Source: Eledone cirrhosa
Lineage: Eukaryota
Assembly (NCBI GenBank): GCA_964016885.1
Contig: OZ024743.1
Location: 210,552,001 to 210,616,000, forward strand
Length of the DNA: 64,000 nucleotides
Direction of reading: 5' to 3'
Positions 42,776 through 57,965 of this stretch are shown here, piece after piece. The first letter of the stretch is position 1; each line of letters starts with the position of its first letter. Under the pieces are notes generated by a model that ran no database searches, was not told the origin of the DNA, and saw only the letters and a list, made by a program, of their open reading frames with translations. The translations under genes were made by a program, and so were the position numbers.

Positions 42776-45700
42776 TGTAGCCAGATGAAAGCTCTTCATT
42801 CCATAAGATATACCACAGTTTACCATCCTATAGCCACACATGAAAGCTCTTCACTCCATAAGATATACCACAGTTTACCATCCTATAGGCAGATGAAAAC
42901 TCTTCACTCCATAAGATATACCACAGTTTACCACCCTATAGCCAGATGAAAGCTCTTCACTCCATAAGACATACCAGTTTACCATCCTATAGCCACAGAT
43001 GAAAGCTCTTCGCTCCATAAGATATACGACAGTTTACCACCCTATAGCCAGATGAAAGCTCTTCACTCCATAAGATATACCTAGTTTACCATCCTATAGC
43101 CACACATGAAAGCTCTTCACTCCATAAGATATACCACAGTTTACCATCATATAGCCACAGATGAATGCACATCACTCCATAAGATATACCACAGTTTACC
43201 ATCCTATAGCCACAGATGAAAGTTCTTCACCCCATAAGATATACCACAGTTTACCATCCTATAGCCACAGATGAAAGCTCTTCGCTCCATAAGATATACC
43301 ACAGTTTACCATCCTATAGCCACACATGAAAGCTCTTCACTCCATAAGATATACCACAGTTTAACATCCTATAGCCACACATGAAAGCTCTTCACTCCAT
43401 AAGATATACCACAGTTTACCATCCTGTAGCCAGATGAAAGCTCTTCACTCTATAAGATATACCACAGTTTACCATCCTATAGCCAGATGAAAGCTCTTCA
43501 CTCCATAAGATATACCAGAGATTACCATCCTGTAGCCAGATGAAAGCTCTTCACTCCATAAGATATACAACAGTTTACCAACCTATAGCCACAGATGAAA
43601 GCTCTTCACTCCATAAGATATACCACAGTTTACCATCCTATAGCCAGATGAAAGCTCTTCACTCCATAAGATATACCACAGTTTACCATCCTATAGCCAC
43701 ACATTAAAGCTCTTCACTCCATAAGATATACCACAGTTTACCAACCTATAGCCACAGATGAAAGCTCTTCACTCCATAAGTTATACCACAGTTTACCATC
43801 CTATAGCCAGATGAAAGCTCTTCACTCCATAAGATATACCAGTTTACCATCATATAGCCACAGATGAAAACTCTTCACTCCATAAGATATACCACAGTTT
43901 ACCATCCTATAGCCATACATGAAAGCTCTTCAGTCCATAAGATATACCACAGTTTACCATTCTATAGCCAGATGAAAGCTCTTCACTCCATAAGATATAC
44001 CACATTCTACCATCCTATAGCCAGATGAAACCCTTCACTCCAAAAGATATACCACAGTTTACCATCCTATAGCCACAGATGAAAGCTCTTCACTCCATAA
44101 GATATACCACAGTTTACCATCCTATGGCCACAGATGAAAGCTCTTCACTCCATAAGATATACCACAGTTTACCATCCTATAGCCACACATGAAAGCTCTT
44201 CACTCCATAATATATACCACAGTTTACCATCCTATAGCCATACATGAAAGCTCTTCAGTCCATGAGATATACCACAGTTTACCATCTTATAGCCACACAT
44301 GAAAGCTGTTCACTCCATAAGATATACCACAGTTTACCATCCTATAGCCATGCATGAAAGCTCTTCAGTCCATAAGATATACCACAGTTTACCATCCTAT
44401 AGCCACAGATGAAAGCTCTTCACTCCATAATATATACCACAGTTTACCATCCGATAGCGAGATGAAAGCTCTTCACTCCATAAGATATACCACAGTTTAC
44501 CATCCTATAGCCATGCATGAAAGCTCTTCAGTCCATAAGATATACCACAGTTTACCATCCTATAGCCAGATGAAAGCTCTTCACTCCATAAGATATACCA
44601 CAGTTTACCATCCTATAGCCATACATGAAAGCTCTTCAGTCCATAGGATATACCACAGTTTACCATCCTATAGCCATACATGAAAGCTCTTCAGTCCATA
44701 AGATATACCACAGTTTACCATCCTATAGCCACAGATGAAAGCTCTTCACCCCATAAGATATACCACAGTTTACCATCCCATAGCCACAGATGAAAGCTCT
44801 TCGCTCCATAAGATATTACACAGTTTACCATCCTATAGCCACACATGAAAGCTCTTCACTCCATAAGATATACCACAGTTTAACATCCTAGAGCCACACA
44901 TGAAAGCTCTTCACTCCATAAGATATACCACAGTTTACCATCCTGTAGCCAGATGAAAGCTCTTCACTCTATAAGATATACCACAGTTTACCATCCTATA
45001 GCCAGATGAAAGCTCTTCACTCCATAAGATATACCACAGATTACCATCCTGTAGCCAGATGAAAGCTCTTCAGTCCATAAGATATACCACAGTTTACCAT
45101 CCTATAGCCACAGATGAAAGCTCTTCACTCCATAATATATACCACAGTTTACCATCCGATAGCGAGATGAAAGCTCTTCACTCCATAAGATATACCACAG
45201 TTTACCATCCTATAGCCACAGATAAAAGCTCTTCACTCCATAAGATATACTACAGTTTACCATCCTATAGCCAGATGAAAGCTCTTCACTCCATAACATA
45301 TAGCACAGTTTACCATCCTATAGCCACAGATGAAAGCTCTTCGCTCCATAAGATATACCACAGTTTACCACCCTATAGCCAGATGAAAGATCTTCACTCC
45401 ATAAGATATACCAGTTTACCATCCTATAGCCACAGGTGAAAGCTCTTCACTCCATAAGATATACCACAGTTTACCATCCTAAAGCCACAGATGAAAGCTC
45501 TTCACTCCATAAGATATAACAGTTTACCATCCTATAGCCACAGATGAAAGCTCTTCACTCCATAAGATATACCACAGTTTACCACCCTATAGCCAGATGG
45601 AAGCTCTTCACTCCATAAGATATACCAGAGTTTACCATCCTATAGCCACACATGAAAGCTCTTCACTCCATAAGATATACCACAGTTTACCATCATATAG

Positions 45701-48700
45701 CCACAGATGAATGCACATCACTCCATAAGATATACCACAGTTTAGCATCCTATAGCCACAGATGAAAGCTCTTCACCCCATAAGATATACCACAGTTTAC
45801 CATCCTATAGCCACAGATGAAAGCTCTTCGCTCCATAAGATATACCACAGTTTACCATCCTATAGCCACACATGAAAGCTCTTCACTCCATAAGATATAC
45901 TACAGTTTACCATCCTATAGCCAGATGAAAGCTCTTCACTCCATAAGATATAGCACAGTTTACCATCCTATAGCCACATATGAAAGCTCTTCACTCCATA
46001 AGATATACCACAGTTTACCATCCTATTGCCACACATGAAAGCTCTTCACTCCATAAGATATACCACAGTTTACCATCCTATAGCCACACATGAACGCTCT
46101 TCATTCCATAAGATATACCACAGTTTACCATCCTATAGCCACAGATGAAAGCTCTTCACTCCATAAGATATACCACAGTTTACCATCCTATGGCCACACA
46201 TGAAAGCTCTTCACTCCATAGGATATACCACAGTTTACCAGCCTATAGCCACACATGAAAGCTCTTCACTCCATAGGATATACCACAGTTTACCATCCTA
46301 TAGCCACACATGAAAGCTCTTCACTCCATAACCATAGTTTACCATTCTATAGCCACACATGAAAGCTCTTCACTCCATAAGATATACCTCAGTTTACCAT
46401 CCTATAGCCACAGATGAAAGCTCTTTACACCATGAGATATACCACAGTTTACCATCCTATAGCCACAGATGAAAGCTCTTCAGTCCATAAGATATACCAC
46501 AGTTTACCATCCTATGGCCACACATGAAAGCTCTTCACCCATAAGATATACCAAAGTTTACCATCCTTTCGTAAGATGAAAGCTCTTCACTCCATAGGAT
46601 ATACCACAGTTTACCATCCTATAGCCACCCATGAAAGCTCTTCACTCCATAAGATATACCAGAGTTTACCATCATATGGCCACACATGAAAGCTCTTCAC
46701 TCCTTAACCATAGTTTACCATTCTATAGCCACACATGAAAGCTCTTCACTCCATAAGATATACCACAGTTTAATATCCTATAGCCACAGATGAAAGCTCT
46801 TTACACCATGAGATATACCACAGTTATACCATACTATAGCCAGATGAAAGCTCTTCGCTCCATAAGATATACCACAGTTTACCATCCTTTCGCAAGATGA
46901 AAGCTCTTCACTCCATAGGATATACCACAGTTTACCATCCTATAGCCACACATGAAAGCTCATCACTCCATAAGATATACCACAGTTTAGCATCCTATAG
47001 CCAGATGAAAACTCTTCACTCCATAAGATATAGCAGTTTACCATCCTATAGCCACACATGAAAGTTCTTCACTCCATAAGATATACCACAGTTTACCACC
47101 CTATAGCCAGATGAAAGCTCTTCACTCCATAAGATATACCAGTTTACCATCCTATAGCCACAGATGAAAGCTCTTCACTCCATAAGATATACCACAGTTC
47201 ACCACCCTATAGCCAGATGAAAGCTCTTCTCTCCATAAGATATACCACAGTTTACCATCCTATAGCCACACATGAAAGCTCTTCACTCCATAAGATATAC
47301 CACAGTTTACCATCATATAGCCACAGATGAATGCACATCACTCCATAAGATATACCACAGTTTACCATCCTATAGCCACAGATGAAAGCTCTTCACCCCA
47401 TAAGATATACCACAGTTTACCATCCTATATCCAGATGAAAGCTCTTCACTCCATAAGATATACCACAGTTTACCATCCTATAGCCACACATGAAAGCTCT
47501 TCACTCCATAAGATATACAGCAGTTTACCATCCTATGGCCACAGATGAAAGCTCTTCACTCCATAAGATATACCACAGTTTACCATCCTATAGCCACAGA
47601 TGAAAGCACTTCACTCCATAAGATATACCACAGTTTACCATCCTATAGCCACACATGAAAGCTCTTCACTCCATAAGATATACCACAGTTTAACATCCTA
47701 TAGCCACACATGAAAGCTCTTCACTCCATAAGATATACCACAGTTTACCATCCTGTAGCCAGATGAAAGCTCTTTACTCCGTAAGATATACCACAGTTTA
47801 CCATCCTATAGCCACACATGAAACTCTTCACTCCATAGGATATACCACAGTTTACCATCCTATAGCCACACATGAAAGCTCTTCACTCCATAGGATATAC
47901 CACAGTTTACCATCCTATAGCCACACGGGAAAGCTCTTCACTCCATAAGATATACGACAGTTTACCATCCTATAGCCACAGATGAAAGCTCTTCACCCCA
48001 TAAGATATACCACAGTTTACCATCCTATAGCCAGATGAAAGCTCTTCACTCCATAAATATATCACAGTTTACCATCCTATAGCCACAGATGAAAGCTCTT
48101 CACTCCATAAGATATACCACAGTTTACCATCCAATAGCCACACATGAAAGCTCTTCATTCCATAAGATATACCACAGTTTACCATCCTATAGCCACACAT
48201 GAAAGCTCTTCACTCCATAAGATATACCAGAGTTTACCATCCTATAGGCAGATGAAAACTCTTCACTCCATAAGATATACCACAGTTTACCACCCTATAG
48301 CCAGATGAAAGCTCTTCACTCCATAAGATATACCAGTTTACCATCCTATAGCCACAGATGAAAGCTCTTCGCTCCATAAGATATACCACAGTTTACCACC
48401 CTATAGCCATATGAAAGATCTTCACTCCATAAGATATACCAGTTTACCATCCTATAGCCACAGATGAAAGCTCTTCACTCCATAAGATATACCACAGTTT
48501 ACCATCCTATAGCCACAGATGAAAGCTCTTCACTCCATAAGATATACCAGTTTACCATCCTATACCCACAGATGAAAGCTCTTCACTCCATAAGATATAC
48601 CACAGTTTACCACCCTATAGCCAGATGAAAGCTCTTCACTCCATAAGATATACCAGACTTTACCATCCTATAGCCACACATGAAAGCTCTTCACTCCATA

Positions 48701-51700
48701 AGATATACCACAGTTTACCATCATATAGCCACAGATGAATGCACATCACTCCACAAGATATACCACAGTTTAATATCCTATAGCCACAGATGAAAGCTCT
48801 TTACACCATGAGATATACCACAGTTTACCATACTATAGCCAGATGAAAGCTCTTCACTCCATAAGATATACCACAGTTTACCATACTTTCGCAAGATGAA
48901 AGCTCTTCACTCCATAGGATATACCACAGTTTACCATCCTATAGCCAGATGAAAACTCTTCACTCCATAAGATATAGCAGTTTACCATCCTATAGCCACA
49001 CATGAAAGTTCTTCACTCCATAAGATATACCACAGTTTACCACCCTATAGCCAGATGAAAGCTCTTCACTCCATAAGATATACCAGTTTACCATCCTATA
49101 GCCACAGATGAAAGCTCTTCACCCCATAAGATATACCACAGTTTACCATCCTATAGGCACAGATGAAAGCTCTTCGCTCCATAAGATATACCACAGTTTA
49201 CCATCCTATAGCCACACATGAAAGCTCTTCACCCCATAAGATATACCACAGTTTAACATCCTAGAGCCACACATGAAAGCTCTTCACTCCATAAGATATA
49301 CCACAGTTTACCATCCTGTAGCCAGATGAAAGCTCTTCACTCTATAAGATATACCACAGTTTACCATCCTATAGCCAGATGAAAGCTCTTCACTCCATAA
49401 GATATACCACAGATTACCATCCTGTAGCCAGATGAAAGCTCTTCACTCCATAAGATATACAATTGTTTACCAACCTATAGCCACAGATGAAAGCTCTTCA
49501 CTCCATAAGATATACCACAATTTACCATCCTATAGCCAGATGAAAGCTCTTCACTCTATAAGATATACCACAGTTTACCATCCTATAGCCAGATGAAAGC
49601 TCTTCACTCCATAAGATATACCACAGTTTACCATCCTATAGCCACACATTAAAGCTCTTCACTCCATAAGATATACCACAGTTTACCAACCTATAGCCAC
49701 AGATGAAAGCTCTTCACTCCATAAGATATACCAGTTTACCATCATATAGCCACAGATGAAAGCTCTTCACTCCATAAGATATACCACAGTTTACCATCCT
49801 ATATCCAGATGAAAGCTCTTCAATCCATACGATATAACACATTCTACCATCCTATAGCCAGATGAAACACTTCACTCCATAAGATATACCACAGTTTACC
49901 ATCCTATAGCCACAGATGAAAGCTCTTCACTCCATAATATATACCACAGTTTACCATCCTATAGCAAGATGAAAGCTCTTCACTCCATAAGATATACCAG
50001 TTTACCATCCTATAGCCACAGATGAAAGCTCTTCACTCCATAAGATATACCACAGTTTACCATCCTATAGCCACAGATGAAAGCTCTTCACTCCATAAGA
50101 TATACCAGTTTACCATCCTATAGCCACAGATGAAAGCTCTTCACTCCATAAGATATACCACAGTTTACCACCCTATAGCCAGATGAAAGCTCTTCACTCC
50201 ATAAGATATACCAGAGTTTACCATCCTATAGCCACACATGAAAGCTCTTCACTCCATAAGATATACCACAGTTTACCATCATATAGCTACAGATGGATGC
50301 ACATCACTCCATAAGATATACCACAGTTTACCATCCTATAGCCACAGATGAAAGCTCTTCACTCCATAAGATATACCACAGATTACCATCCTGTAGCCAG
50401 ATGAAAGCTCTTCACTCCATAAGATATACCACAGTTTACCATCCTATAGCCAGATGAAAGCTCTTCACTCCATAAGATATACCACAGTTTACCATCCTAT
50501 AGCCACACATAAAAGCTCTTCACTCCATAAGATATACCACAATTTACCAACCTATAGCCACAGATGAAAGCTCTTCACTCCATAAGTTATACCACAGTTT
50601 ACCATCCTATAGCCAGATGAAAGCTCTTCACTCCATAAGATATACCACAGTTTACCATCCTATAGCCACACATAAAAGCTCTTCACTCCATAAGATATAC
50701 CACAATTTACCAACCTATAGCAACAGACGAAAGCTCTTCACTCCATAAGATATACCAGAGTTTATCATCCTATAGCCAGATGAAAGCTCTTCACTCCATA
50801 AGATATAACACATTCTACCATCCTATAGCCAGATGAAACACTTCACTCCATAATATATACCACAGTTTACCATCCTATAGCCACAGATGAAAGCTCTTCA
50901 CTTCATAAGATATACCACAGTTTACCATCCTATGGCCACAGATGAAAGCTCTTCACTCCATAAGATATACCACAGTTTACCATCCTATAGCCACACATGA
51001 AAGCTCTTCACTCCATAAGATATACCACAGTTTACCATCCTATAGCCATACATGAAAGCTCTTCAGTCCATAGGATATACCACAGTTTACCATCTTATAG
51101 CCACATATGTAAGCTCTTCACTCCATAAGATATACCACAGTTTACTATCCTATAGCCATGCATGAAAGCTCTTCAGTCCATAAGATATACCACATTTTAC
51201 CATCCTATAGCCACAGATGAAAGCTCTTCACTCCATAATATATACCACAGTTTACCATCCGATAGCGAGATGAAAGCTCTTCACTCCATAAGATATACCA
51301 CGGTTTACCATCCTATAGCCACACATGAAAGCTCTTCACTCCATAAGATATACCACAGTTTACCATCCTATAGCCACAGATGAAAGCTCTTCACTCCATA
51401 AGATATACCACAGTTTACCATCCTATGGCCACACATGAAAGCTCTTCACTCCATAAGATATACCACAGTTTACCATCCTATAGCCACACATGAAACTCTT
51501 CACTCCATAGTATATACCACAGTTTACCATCCTATAGCCACACATGAATGCTCTTCACTCCATAGGATATACCACAGTTTACCATCCTATAGCCATACAT
51601 GAAAGCTCTTCAGTCCATAAGATATACCACAGTTTACCATCCTATAGCCACAGATGAAAGCTCTTCACTCCATAAGATATACTACAGTTTACCATCCTAT

Positions 51701-52149
51701 AGCCAGATGAAAGCTCTTCACACCATAAGATATAGCACAGTTTACCAGCCTATAGCCACAGATGAAAGCTCTTCACTCAATAATATATACCACAGTTTAC
51801 AATCCTATAGCAAGATGAAAGCTCTTCACTCCATAAGATATACCACAATTTACCATCCTATAGCCACACATGAAAGCTCTTCACTCCATAAGATATACCA
51901 CAGTTTACCATCCTATAGCCAGATGAAAGCTCTTCACTCCATAAATATATCACAGTTTACCATCCTATAGCCACAGATGAAAGCTCTTCACTCCATAAGA
52001 TATACCACAGTATACCATCCTATAGCCACACATGAAAACTCTTCACTCCATAAGATATACCACAGTTTACCATCCTGTAGCCAGATGAAATCTCTTCATT
52101 CCATAAGATATACCACAGTTTACCATCCTATAGCCACACATGAAAGCTC

Positions 52150-54255
52150 TTCACTCCATAAGATATACCACAGTTTACCATCCTATAGGCAGATGAAAAC
52201 TCTTCACTCCATAAGATATACCACAGTTTACCACCCTATAGCCAGATGAAAGCTCTTCACTCCATAAGATATACCAGTTTACCATCCTATAGCCACAGAT
52301 GAAAGCTCTTCGCTCCATAAGATATAACACAGTTTACCACCCTATAGCCAGATGAAAGATCTTCACTCCATAAGATATACCAGTTTACCATCCTATAGCC
52401 ACAGATGAAAGCTCTTCACTCCATAAGATATACCACAGTTTACCATCCTATAGCCACAGATGAAAGCTCTTCACTCCATAAGATATACCAGTTTACCATC
52501 CTATAGCCACAGATGAAAGCTCTTCACTCCATAAGATATACCACAGTTTACCACCCTATAGCCAGATGAAAGCTCTTCACTCCATAAGATATACCAGAGT
52601 TTACCATCCTATAGCCACACATGAAAGCTCTTCACTCCATAAGATATACCAGAGTTTACCATCATATAGCCACAGATGAATGCACATCACTCCATAAGAT
52701 ATACCACAGTTTACCATCCTATAGCCACAGATGAAAGCTCTTCACCCCATAAGATATACCACAGTTTACCATCCTATAGCCACAGATGAAAGCTCTTCGC
52801 TCCATAAGATATACCACAGTTTACCATCCTATAGCCACACATGAAAGCTCTTCACTCCATGAGATATACCACAGTTTAACATCCTATAGCCACACATGAA
52901 AGCTCTTCACTCCATAAGATATACCACAGTTTACCATCCTGTAGCCAGATGAAAGCTCTTCACTCTATAAGATATACCACAGTTTACCATCCTATAGCCA
53001 GATGAAAGCTCTTCACTCCATAAGATATACCACAGTTTACCATCCTGTAGCCAGATGAAAGCTCTTCATTCCATAAGATATACCACAGTTTACCATCCTA
53101 TAGCCACACAGGAAAGCTCTTCACTCCATAAGATATACCACAGTTTACCATCCTATAGGCAGATGAAAACTCTTCACTCCATAAGATATACCACAGTTTA
53201 CCACCCTATAGCCAGATGAAAGCTCTTCACTCCATAAGATATACCAGTTTACCATCCTATAGCCACAGATGAAAGCTCTTCGCTCCATAAGATATAACAC
53301 AGTTTACCACCCTATAGCCAGATGAAAGATCTTCACTCCATAAGATATACCAGTTTACCATCCTATAGCCACAGATGAAAGCTCTTCACTCCATAAGATA
53401 TACCACAGTTTACCATCCTATAGCCACAGATGAAAGCTCTTCACTCCATAAGATATACCAGTTTACCATCCTATAGCCACAGATGAAAGCTCTTCACTCC
53501 ATAAGATATACCACAGTTTACCACCCTATAGCCAGATGAAAGCTCTTCACTCCATAAGATATACCAGAGTTTACCATCCTATAGCCACACATGAAAGCTC
53601 TTCACTCCATAAGATATACCAGAGTTTACCATCATATAGCCACAGATGAATGCACATCACTCCATAAGATATACCACAGTTTACCATCCTATAGCCACAG
53701 ATGAAAGCTCTTCACCCCATAAGATATACCACAGTTTACCATCCTATAGCCACAGATGAAAGCTCTTCGCTCCATAAGATATACCACAGTTTACCATCCT
53801 ATAGCCACACATGAAAGCTCTTCACTCCATGAGATATACCACAGTTTAACATCCTATAGCCACACATGAAAGCTCTTCACTCCATAAGATATACCACAGT
53901 TTACCATCCTGTAGCCAGATGAAAGCTCTTCACTCTATAAGATATACCACAGTTTACCATCCTATAGCCAGATGAAAGCTCTTCACTCCATAAGATATAC
54001 CACAGTTTACCATCCTGTAGCCAGATGAAAGCTCTTCATTCCATAAGATATACCACAGTTTACCATCCTATAGCCACACAGGAAAGCTCTTCACTCCATA
54101 AGATATACCACAGTTTACCATCCTATAGGCAGATGAAAACTCTTCACTCCATAAGATATACCACAGTTTACCACCCTATAGCCAGATGAAAGCTCTTCAC
54201 TCCATAAGATATACCAGTTTACCATCCTATAGCCACAGATGAAAGCTCTTCGCTC
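52150..54255 (+). repeat. Higher-order tandem duplication, period 970 bp (18 monomers), ~2.2 copies
   Basis: CGCTCCATAAGATATAACAC at 52311/53281, GAGATATACC at 52861/53831 and GGAAAGCTCT at 53111/54081. Confidence 0.88.
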
Positions 54256-57200
54256 CATAAGATATACCACAGTTTACCATCCTATAGCCACACATGAAAG
54301 CTCTTCACTCCATAAGATATACCACAGTTTAACATCCTATAGCCACACATGAAAGCTCTTCACTCCATAAGATATACCACAGTTTACCATCCTGTAGCCA
54401 GATGAAAGCTCTTCACTCTATAAGATATACCACAGTTTACCATCCTATAGCCAGATGAAAGCTCTTCACTCCATAAGATATACCACAGATTACCATCCTG
54501 TAGCCAGATGAAAGCTCTTCACTCCATAAGATATACAACAGTTTACCAACCTATAGCCACAGATGAAAGCTCTTCACTCCATAAGATATACCACAGTTTA
54601 CCATCCTATAGCCAGATGAAAGCTCTTCACTCCATAAGATATACCACAGTTTACCATCCTATAGCCACACATTAAAGCTCTTCACTCCATAAGATATACC
54701 ACAGTTTACCAACCTATAGCCACAGATGAAAGCTCTTCACTCCATAAGTTATACCACAGTTTACCATCCTATAGCCAGATGAAAGCTCTTCACTCCATAA
54801 CATATACCAGTTTACCATCATATAGCCACAGATGAAAGCTCTTCACTCCATAAGATATACCACAGTTTACCATCCTATAGCCAGATGAAAGCTCTTCACT
54901 CCATAAGATATACCACATTCTACCATCCTATAGCCAGATGAAACCCTTCACTCCATAAGATATACAACAGTTTACCATCCTATAGCCACAGATGAAAGCT
55001 CTTCACTCCATAAGATATACCACAGTTTACCATCCTATGGCCACAGTTGAAAGCTCTTCACTCCATAAGATATACCACAGTTTACCATCCTATAGCCACA
55101 CATGAAAGCTCTTCAATCCATAAGATATACCACAGTTTACCATCCTATAGCCATACATGAAAGCTCTTCAGTCCATAAGATATACCACAGTTTACCATCT
55201 TATAGCCACACATGAAAGCTGTTCACTCCATAAGATATACCACAGTTTACCATCCTATAGCCATGCATGAAAGCTCTTCAGTCCATAAGATATACCACAG
55301 TTTACCATCCTATATCCAGATGAAAGCTCTTCACTCCATAAGATATACCACAGTTTACCATCCTATATCCAGATGAAAGCTCTTCACTCCATAAGATATA
55401 CCACAGTTTACCATCCTATAGCCACACATGAAAGCTCTTCACTCCATAAGATATACAGCAGTTTACCATCCTATGGCCACACATGAAAGCTCTTCACTCC
55501 ATAAGATATACCACAGTTTACCATCCTATAGCTACAGATGAAAGCTCTTCACCCCATAAGATATACCACAGTTTACCATCCTATATCCAGATGAAAGCTC
55601 TTCACTCCATAAGATATACCACAGTTTACCATCCTATAGCCACACATGAAAGCTCTTCACTCCATAAGATATACAGCAGTTTACCATCCTATGGCCACAC
55701 ATGAAAGCTCTTCACTCCATAAGATATACCACAGTTTACCATCCTATAGCCACAGATGAAAGCACTTCACTCCATAAGATATACCTCAGTTTACCATCCT
55801 ATAGCCACACATGAAAGCTCTTCACTCCATAAGATATACCACAGTTTACCATCCTATATCCAGATGAAAGCTCTTCACTCCATAAGATATACCACAGTTT
55901 ACCATCCTATAGCCACACATGAAAGCTCTTCACTCCACAAGATATACCACAGTTTAACATCCTATAGCCACACATGAAAGCTCTTCACTCCATAAGATAT
56001 ACCACAGTTTACCATCCTGTAGCCAGATGAAAGCTCTTTACTCCGTAAGATATACCACAGTTTACCATCCTATAGCCACACATGAAACTCTTCACTCCAT
56101 AGGATATACCACAGTTTACCATCCTATAGCCACACATGAAAGCTCTTCACTCCATAGGATATACCACAGTTTACCATCCTATAGCCACACGGGAAAGCTC
56201 TTCACTCCATAAGATATACGACAGTTTACCATCCTATAGCCACAGATGAAAGCTCTTCACCCCATAAGATATACCACAGTTTACCATCCTATAGCCAGAT
56301 GAAAGCTCTTCACTCCATAAATATTTCACAGTTTACCATCCTATAGCCACAGATGAAAGCTCTTCACTCCATAAGATATACCACAGTTTACCATCCTATA
56401 GCCACACATGAAAGCTCTTCACTCCATAAGATATACCACAGTTTAACATCCTGTAGCCAGATGAAAGCTCTTCATTCCAAAAGATATACCACAGTTTACC
56501 ATCCTATAGCCACACATGAAAGCTCTTCACTCCATAAGATATACCACAGTTTACCATCCTATAGGCAGATGAAAACTCTTCACTCCATAAGATATACCAC
56601 AGTTTACCACCCTATAGCCAGATGAAAGCTCTTCACTCCATAAGATATACCAGTTTACCATCGTATAGCCACAGATGAAAGCTCTTCGCTCCATAAGATA
56701 TACCACAGTTTACCACCCTATAGCCAGATGAAAGATCTTCACTCCATAAGATATACCAGTTTACCATCCTATAGCCACAGATGAAAGCTCTTCACTCCAT
56801 AAGATATACCACAGTTTAACATCCTATAGACACAGATGAAAGCTCTTCACTCCATAAGATATACCAGTTTACCATCCTATACCCACAGATGAAAGCTCTT
56901 CACTCCATAAGATATACCACAGTTTACCACCCTATAGCCAGATGAAAGCTCTTCACTCCATAAGAAATACCAGACTTTACCATCCTATAGCCACACATGA
57001 AAGCTCTTCACTCCATAAGATATACCACAGTTTACCATCATATAGCCACAGATGAATGCACATCACTCCACAAGATATACCACAGTTTAATATCCTATAG
57101 CCACAGATGAAAGCTCTTTACACCATGAGATATACCACAGTTTACCATACTATAGCCAGATGAAAGCTCTTCACTCCATAAGATATACCACAGTTTACCA

Positions 57201-57965
57201 TCCTTTCGCAAGATGAAAGCTCTTCACTCCATAGGATATACCACAGTTTACCATCCTATAGCCACACATGAAAGCTCATCACTCCATAAGATATACCACA
57301 GTTTAGCATCCTATAGCCAGATGAAAACTCTTCACTCCATAAGATATAGCAGTTTACCATCCTATAGCCACACATGAGAGTTCTTCACTCCATAAGATAT
57401 ACCACAGTTTACCACCCTATAGCCAGATGAAAGCTCTTCACTCCATAAGATATACCAGTTTACCATCCTATAGCCACAGATGAAAGCTCTTCACCCCATA
57501 AGATATACCACAGTTTACCATCCTATAGCCACAGATGAAAGCGCTTCGCTCCATAAGATATACCACAGTTTACCATCCTATAGCCACACATGAAAGCTCT
57601 TCACTCCATAAGATATACCACAGTTTAACATCCTAGAGCCACACATGAAAGCTCTTCACTCCATAAGATATACCACAGTTTACCATCCTGTAGCCAGATG
57701 AAAGCTCTTCACTCTATAAGATATACCACAGTTTACCATCCTATAGCCAGATGAAAGCTCTTCACTCCATAAGATATACCACAGATTACCATCCTGTAGC
57801 CAGATGAAAGCTCTTCACTCCATAAGATATACAACTGTTTACCAACCTATAGCCACAGATGAAAGCTCTTCACTCCATAAGATATACCACAGTTTACCAT
57901 CCTATAGCCACACATGAAAGCTCTTCACTCCATAAGATATACCACAGTTTACCATCCTATAGCCA

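Larger units (their letters stand above)
35090..49900 (+). repeat. Older, diverged higher-order repeat: ~35.1-40.7 kb re-occurs at ~44.6-49.9 kb (offset ~9.2-9.5 kb, varying through monomer indels)
   Basis: ORF offsets are 35537/45059 (9,522), 36569/45817 (9,248), 37913/47327 and 38349/47763 (9,414). Rare variants occur in the same order (ATGAACGCT, CTTCTCTCC, TTTACTCCGTAAG, CCAGACTTT). Confidence 0.8.
1..57965 (+). repeat. Tandem satellite array, 55/53-bp monomer, forward orientation (continues beyond left edge)
   Basis: Uninterrupted head-to-tail copies of ATGAAAGCTCTTCACTCCATAAGATATACCACAGTTTACCATCCTATAGCC(AC)A(G/C). Most monomers have 0-3 differences from consensus. No unique insertion seen. 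Confidence 0.99.

Noticed and set aside
1-57965. Monomer-variant order as an information-bearing code
   Set aside because: The order is adequately explained by nested tandem duplications and deletions, and nothing in the sequence indicates a reader or selection on order.
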